From positions 17,484,001 through 17,548,000 of the forward strand of contig OX597820.1 of NCBI GenBank assembly GCA_951406725.2: a stretch of DNA of 64,000 nt. Reading direction: 5' to 3'. Source of the stretch: Octopus vulgaris (Eukaryota). A program made the position numbers and the translations under genes. Positions 56,944 to 64,000 of the stretch are shown here, in pieces. The notes below the pieces were generated by a model that was given only the letters and a program-made list of their open reading frames with translations, was not told the DNA's origin and did not search any database. Within the stretch, counting starts at the first letter, position 1; the number at the start of each line of letters is the position of its first letter.

Positions 56944-57046
56944 AAATATATTATCTAGTAAGATAGAACATAAAATCAGACGTATGCTCAGTGACATGGA
57001 ATAAACAATTCAAGAACACAAATAATTTTGTAATACTACAGCTTAT

Positions 57047-57806
57047 GAAGGTGGCCAGCTGGCAGGTTCATTAACAAGCCGGATAATATGCTTAGCGGCA
57101 ATTCGTCCGTCTTTATGTTCTGAGTTTAAATTCCACCGGATTCGACTTCCGCAAAAATAAGTACCAATTAAACACTGGAGTTTAAACAATGTAATCGACC
57201 TACCTCCTCCTCCAACCTTGCAAACCTGGTGCCAGAATTTGAAACTAGTATTAAAATATATCTAATCCTTGGGAATCTCTTCAAAGTTTCCAAAGTCACA
57301 CACACACACACACGCACACTCACACACACACACACAGTATGTGTGTGTGTGAGTGAGCATACACACACACACAGTATGTGTGTGTGTGTATGCTCTTTCC
57401 TTGCTTGTATTAAATCCAGTGAGGACTTACTAAATCCAATCAAAGTTTATGCCAAATTCATCATTTAGTGAATGTAAGAATCATACATAAGCTGCTTTAA
57501 GTTACATGTTTAGGTAATGCAATAATTGAACCGGCAAAGGCGGCGAGCTGGCAGAAACGTTAGCACGCCGGGCGAAATGCGTAGCCGTATTTTGTCTGCC
57601 GTTACGTTCTGAGTTCAAATTCCGCCGAGGTCGACTTTGCCTTTCATCCTTTCGGGGTCGATAAATTAAGTACCAGTTACGCACTGGGGTCGATGTAATC
57701 GACTTAATACCTATGTCTGTCCTTGTTTGTCCCCTCTATGTTTAGCCCCCTGTGGGTAATAAAGAAATAGGTATTTCGTCTGCTGTTACGTTCTGAGTTC
57801 AAATTC
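57047..57806 (+). mobile_element. SINE B copies (old 57047-57250, young 57539-57806 with a partial second unit)
   Basis: Family B sequence. Confidence 0.85.
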
Positions 57807-58019
57807 CAGATTACCACGACCTGGTAATCTTCTTAATGTTTAAACATAAAACTTAGAGTAGCATACATATAACTCCTGTATTCATTAAATGATGCTTATC
57901 CATCGCGTGATTTGTTACTTTTTTGCTGAACGAGCAAACAAGAGAAGCGCACTCAACACACACACAAAAGCTCATAAATACAATATAATATTCAAAGGTG
58001 GATATATATATATATACAT

Positions 58020-58105
58020 ATACAAGATAAGAAAATGGAGAAATACATCTAAATCAAATATCAATTACCAGATTAGATGTATTTCTCCATTTTCTTATCT
58101 TGTAT
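58020..58105. repeat. Perfect 33-bp inverted repeat, 20-nt spacer, at the start of an insert between (TA)n tracts
   Basis: Arms 58020-58052 and 58073-58105. The insert continues to ~58276. Confidence 0.9.
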
Positions 58106-58380
58106 TAGTAATTTGTGGTAAATCATTTTACCTTTGCCCATATAATACAGTAAATGAATTGATTGCATCGCAATCATTAACATTTATGTATTAACTTTGT
58201 TGGGTACTTCACCAGCAGTATATTGGATATATCTTATCCCATGGAGGGTTGCATTTACAACCCCTATCTCAATTTCTATATATACATATATATATTCATA
58301 CACTCATGCACATAATTACACGCACACACTTACATACACATATTCATATACACATACATACATACATACATACATACACA

Positions 58381-58462
<82 letters not shown>

Positions 58463-58926
58463 GTATTTACTTTCCAATCCTTTTAAGATTCTGAAGTGTC
58501 AAATCAACGTGTTATGGGCTTATACGAAATGATTTATATCTAAAATGATTTATATCTAATTCTAGCAATTTGAATAGGAACACAGGGTTAATTAGCTGTG
58601 AAAACATTTAATTAATCTTTATCTTTGATATTCATCAATTAATACAATTAGGAAGATGAGTAGAAGGAGAGGTCTACCCGCTGAAATTAATGCAAAAGCT
58701 TCCAAGAGTAGAAATAAAATTACATTATTACCACGAATGGAAATAAAAGGATTTTTCTAACGAGCGTTAACTGAAGCGTCAAAATTTTGGAACTACAATA
58801 TATGGAATAATAAATGTATTTGCTCTTTCGCTTACTTCAGTCATTTGATTGAAGCCCATGCTGGAGCATCATTACTCTTTGACTCATGGATAGGTTTACG
58901 GGGACATAAACTAAAAAAAGACACGT

Positions 58927-58979
<53 letters not shown>

Positions 58980-59002
58980 GAGATGTGGAACACGAGTTGT
59001 GA

Positions 59003-59398
59003 TATATAAAAAAGGAAATGAAGAAAATGCTGACAAAATAATTTAAGTAATTTAAGTAATTTAATTAGGTGAGAGTTCTTTTTACCGGTTGCGCATTTGT
59101 TATGTTATCAAAAGATATTTTTAAAGAGAGATTAGAGTTCCTTTCTGATAGATTTTTTCCTCTTTGTTATGCTTATCAAAAGATATTTTTTAAAGAGAGA
59201 TTAGAGTTCCTTTTCTGATAGATTTTTTCCTCTTATAAGAGGAAAAAATCTATCAGAAAGAACTCTAATCTCTCTTTAAAAGATATCTTTTGATAAGCAT
59301 AACAAATGCGCAACCGGTAAAAAGAACTCTCACCTAATTAAATTACTTAAATTACTTAAATTATTTTGTCAGCATTTTCTTCATTTCCTTTTATATAT
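59003..59398. repeat. Large palindrome (centre 59235/59236) with a ~65-bp tandem duplication in the left arm and a variant hammerhead-like motif
   Basis: Zero-spacer centre CCTCTTA|TAAGAGG, arms ~160 bp, (TA)n on both sides. Confidence 0.9.
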
Positions 59399-59399
59399 A

Positions 59400-59451
<52 letters not shown>

Positions 59452-59630
59452 AAACTCTTTTTTATTCTTTTACGTGTTTCAGTCATTTGACAGCGGCCAT
59501 GCCGGAGCACCTCCTTTAGTCGATTTAGATTTCTTCTTTGTAAGCCTAGTACTTCTTTTATCGATCTCTTTTGCCGAACCGCTATGTTACGGGGACGTAA
59601 ACATACCAACATCGATTGTCAGGCGATGGT

Positions 59631-59730
59631 NNNNNNNNNNNNNNNNNNNNNNNNNNNNNNNNNNNNNNNNNNNNNNNNNNNNNNNNNNNNNNNNNNNNNN
59701 NNNNNNNNNNNNNNNNNNNNNNNNNNNNNN
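59631..59730. other. Assembly gap (100 N)
   Basis: Run of N interrupting a SINE A (59453-59630, minus). Confidence 1.
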
Positions 59731-62191
59731 CAAACGACCGCTTCTTTTTAAACTTTACTAAATTATTAGGTTCAATATATGTACGCAATTTACCTTCATG
59801 TGATGAATATTTGTTTCATAGTTTTCAAGATATCAAACTTTTGTGCAGCTGAAATGGTTTTCTATGATTTGTGAGTATTAATCGAGCTCTCCGACTTAAC
59901 GTTCGGGCTAGATAATGTGAAACAACTTATAGCGATCTCGAATCTACTTAATGCTAAAAATGCTGAAGGATAATCTACTTCTAGTTAAGTAGGGTCTCAC
60001 TCTACGTTAGAGGTTTACTTCTAAACCTGCAATAATAGCAGTGAATAAACCTTGCAATTTCAAACTTATATGAAATCCTAAAGGGGGCTCTTAAAGTTGA
60101 CTTCTATTTGCAATAATGGCCGCTCGCTGCTAAATTTAAGACTAATACCAGAATATTCTGGAAGATCCTTATCATTCAGCTAGGTTGCTGGCACTGCATA
60201 GAATTTCCTATATGCTAAAATTATTTTTCCGAAAATGGCGGTAACACCTTCCTATGTCCGTCCACTGATCCTGTTGGCTCTGTTTTACTGCCTTCCGGAT
60301 TCTTGAAGCATCCTTTTCCTTTTTCCACATCCTGTAAAACCAAGTCTTTCTCCATCTTTCTCTCGGCCTCTAACCACCATTCCATTTTTGTTATACCAAG
60401 TCTCTGCCTTATCAGCCTGAGCGTGTAGGTGATACTACCATTGTCAGAAAAATGATTTTAGCATAATGTAAATTCCATGCAGCGCAAGCAATCTAGCTTA
60501 ATAATAAGGGTCTTTCAAAATATTCTTGTGCTAAAATCCTTTTCTGACAAAATATATATGACATACAAAACAACTTGTCTTTTTCCAAGCATCATAATAT
60601 TCAATCCCTAACTCATCTCAGTATTACACACAACTTCGTTTCAGCCGAACCTTAAATAATTCTACTTAATTGCGATTTGTCACACAACCTTTGCTTCATT
60701 CAATTTCCTACTTCAATTTACATGGGTTAGCAATTTGTTTTTGCATTTCCCTCTCTGCAGCTCATCGAAATTTTATATTCTGTATTCATTAATTGGCCAT
60801 ACATTTCTTCTAGCCATTTCACTCCAACACTTCAGATATACGAAATCAATTCCACTCAAGAAATCATAAATGCCTGTGTGGTAAAGATGTTGACCTTTTC
60901 GATAAAGCGTTAAAATCTCCTACAGTTTATAAACCGCTAAGTCAATTTCAAATTACAGAAAGAAGCTGCTTTATTTAGCAGTTGAGCAAGAAATCAGCGG
61001 GAGCGAGGAAGACCACGCAGTGCGTTGTCGTGATAACTGCAAATGTACTAGATAACTACTTACAACTTTTTCTGTACTATTTTACCTACAGATGGAGGCG
61101 CGTGACTTAGTGGTTAGGGTGTAAGCATCATGATCGTAAGATTGCGGTTTCGATTCCTGGACCGGGCGACGCGTTGTCTTCTTGAGCAAAACACTTCATT
61201 TCACGTTACTCCAGTCCACTCAGTAACGCTGCGATGGACTGGCGTCCCGTCCAGCTAGGGAACACATACGCCATAGAAACCGGGAAATTGGACCCATGAG
61301 CCTTGCTAAGCTTTAAAAAGGGCGCATTTATTATATTTTTTAAAATTTTACCCACAGAAGATGACACAAGAACACGTGGTCAGCCTGGTGGCTAGTTATT
61401 GTAAGGGAGATAATCACTTACAGATCAATCATCGCGGGATTAGCAGTTTGATATTTCAATTAAAGACCAGTTCATCAAATAGTCTCACTCAGGCTGTGTT
61501 TTCTTCATATACGTTATGAACATCAATCAACTTTAATAACCTCGATAGCCTTTCGACAATACTGCTCCTTCACACTTGATGTAGGCCAGTACACAGCGCT
61601 AATAAATTAGTTTTCTTAAGTTTATACATTAATAATTATTTACGCTCTTAACTTTTAACCTTATACTTGTATTCTTCAAATTAATCTGTATCTGACTGGA
61701 AGAAGTAAAAGATAAAAGGCTTAAATCGTACGTTGGGAAACATATTTCGGTATTTTTTTCATTCTCATAACTACATTATATCTTGTAAGTTCATGGAAAA
61801 TATTCGTCGTTAAAAATTCATGAAATAATTCTCTTTTAGACATAAATATGACGTCAAAGAACCTTGTACTGGAAATTATATTCTCCACGGAACATAAGAA
61901 ATGACAAACGTGTCATACTGTTTATATTGTAGCTTGGGATTTCATACTATATAAACATAAACAAATATACAGAGCGCAGATGGAATGAAGGACAAATACT
62001 GTTTACATACAAATATTGTTTACGTAGGCGTAGGAGTCGCTGTGTGGTAAGTAGCTTCATTGCGAACCACATGGTACCGGGTTCAGTCCCACTGCGTGGC
62101 ACCTTGAGCGAGTGTCTTCTACTATAGCCTCGGGCCGACCAAAGCCTTGTGAATGGATTTGGTAGGCGGAAACTGAAAGAAGCCCGTCGTA

Positions 62192-62242
<51 letters not shown>

Positions 62243-62915
62243 ATGTATGTATGTATGTATCGATGTATGTATGTATGTGTGTGTGTTTGTGTGTCTGTGT
62301 TTGTCCCCCCAACATCGCTTGACAACCGATGCTGGTGTGTTTACGTCCCTGCAACTTAGCGGTTCGGCAAAAGAAACCGATAGTATAAGTACAAGGCTTA
62401 CAAAGAATAAGTCCTGGGATCGATTTGCTCGACTAAAGGCGGTGCTCCAGCATGGCCACAGTAAAATGACTGAAACAAGTAAAAGAGTAATATGGCATAC
62501 GTATGGACGTGATGTGTATCTATGTAACTCGGACTGTGTCATAGATGTATAGTAGATGACATATGACGGGTCCGCAATTCCAGGTTGAGCAACAATCTAA
62601 TACATAAATACGAGCTAACATAAGCATCCATGCAAGCAGTCACAATCGTACACCATGTATTAGTTCAGATTTATGCATATAAATATGCATATTTATACAT
62701 AGGCCCAGGAGTGACTGTGTGGTAAGAAACTTGCTTCCCAACCACATGGTTCCGGGTTCGGTCCGACTGCGTGGCACCTTGGGAGAGTCTCTTCTACGAT
62801 AGCCTCGGGCCGACCAAAGCCTTGAGAGTGGATTTAGTAGGCGGAAACTGAAAGAAGCCCGTCGTACATACGTATATATATATATTTATATACACGCATA
62901 CATATATATATATAT

Positions 62916-62948
<33 letters not shown>

Positions 62949-62963
62949 CGCACGCACACACAC

Positions 62964-63046
<83 letters not shown>

Positions 63047-63138
63047 ACACACACACACACACACACATACACACACACACACACAAAAAAAACACACACA
63101 CACACACACACACAAAAAAACACACACACACACACAAA

Positions 63139-63201
<63 letters not shown>

Positions 63202-64000
63202 CATATACATAGGCGCAGGAGTGACTGTGTAGTAAGAAACTTACTTTCCAGCCACATGGTTCCGGGTTCGGTCCGACTGCGTGGCACCTTGGGAGAGTCT
63301 CTTCTACGATAGCCTCGAGCCGACCAAAGACTTGTGAGTGGGTTTAGTAGGTGGAAACTAATAGAAGCCCTAAGTACTGCCTTCCGGATTCTTGAGGCAT
63401 CCTGTGTGTCTGTGTTTGTCCCTGCACAATCGCTGACAACCGATGTTGGTGTGTAACGTACCCGGCAAAAAAGAGATCGATAGAATAAGTACTAGGCTTA
63501 CAAAGAATACGTTCGACTAAAGGCGGTGCTCCAGCATGGCCGTAGATAAATGACTGAAACAAATACTGGAATAAAAGAATAAAAAATACAAATACACTAA
63601 TATACATTATAAATATATGAATGAACGTACCTATATAAGCATTCATAATCCTATGCCATCCAACAATTCAGATCTATGCATATAAACATACATTAACAGA
63701 CAAAATACACAGACAATGCATATAGAATTTTCATATTATCTCTATATATATAAAGCTGAAGTTGTCTGTGTATGGCAGGTTTGGATAGCCTTCAACTAAC
63801 ACTATCTCCTCCGAGACCCTGCGGTGCAAGTTGACCAAAATTGAGAGTATGATAGAAGAAGACTTGCTCTTCCTTCCGTAGAAGAAAAAATTCAAATCGG
63901 ACCATGTTAACACCAAAAATTATTTACATCAAAAAGGTGCTTTTTTTCTATGAAAATCCCTATTTTTTACGATTTTTTGACTGCTGCGTCGCCATTTTTC
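59731..64000 (+). repeat. Near-identical duplicate of 49426-53734
   Basis: Colinear from CAAACGACCG to GCCATTTTTC with scattered substitutions and microsatellite length differences. Begins exactly at the gap. Confidence 0.95.

Overview
AT-rich, microsatellite-saturated eukaryotic non-coding DNA. The repeat content looks like an octopus (coleoid cephalopod) genome, which is an inference from the repeat landscape only. No intact protein-coding gene is supported, and nearly all long ORFs in the track are translations of simple repeats. The window holds dozens of copies of three tRNA-derived SINE families (called A, B and C here) and decayed relics of hAT, Tigger/pogo, Helitron, Tx1-like, Hero-like and Penelope-like elements. 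It also has a Merlin-like MITE with an 8-bp TSD, a degenerate tRNA-Gly(TCC), a 2-kb minisatellite, one candidate exon, and a 100-N gap followed by a near-identical copy of 49426-53734. Three observations stand out. (1) Several hammerhead-ribozyme-like motifs, including a non-canonical core variant, sit in fold-back elements embedded in (TA)n tracts. (2) A Tx1-like LINE 3' tail is shared with SINE B and is joined twice to the same base of the SINE A head. (3) SINE B inserts recurrently at GGTA(T/A)T sites, including into older copies of itself. All family assignments come from motif recognition by eye. No database search was run.
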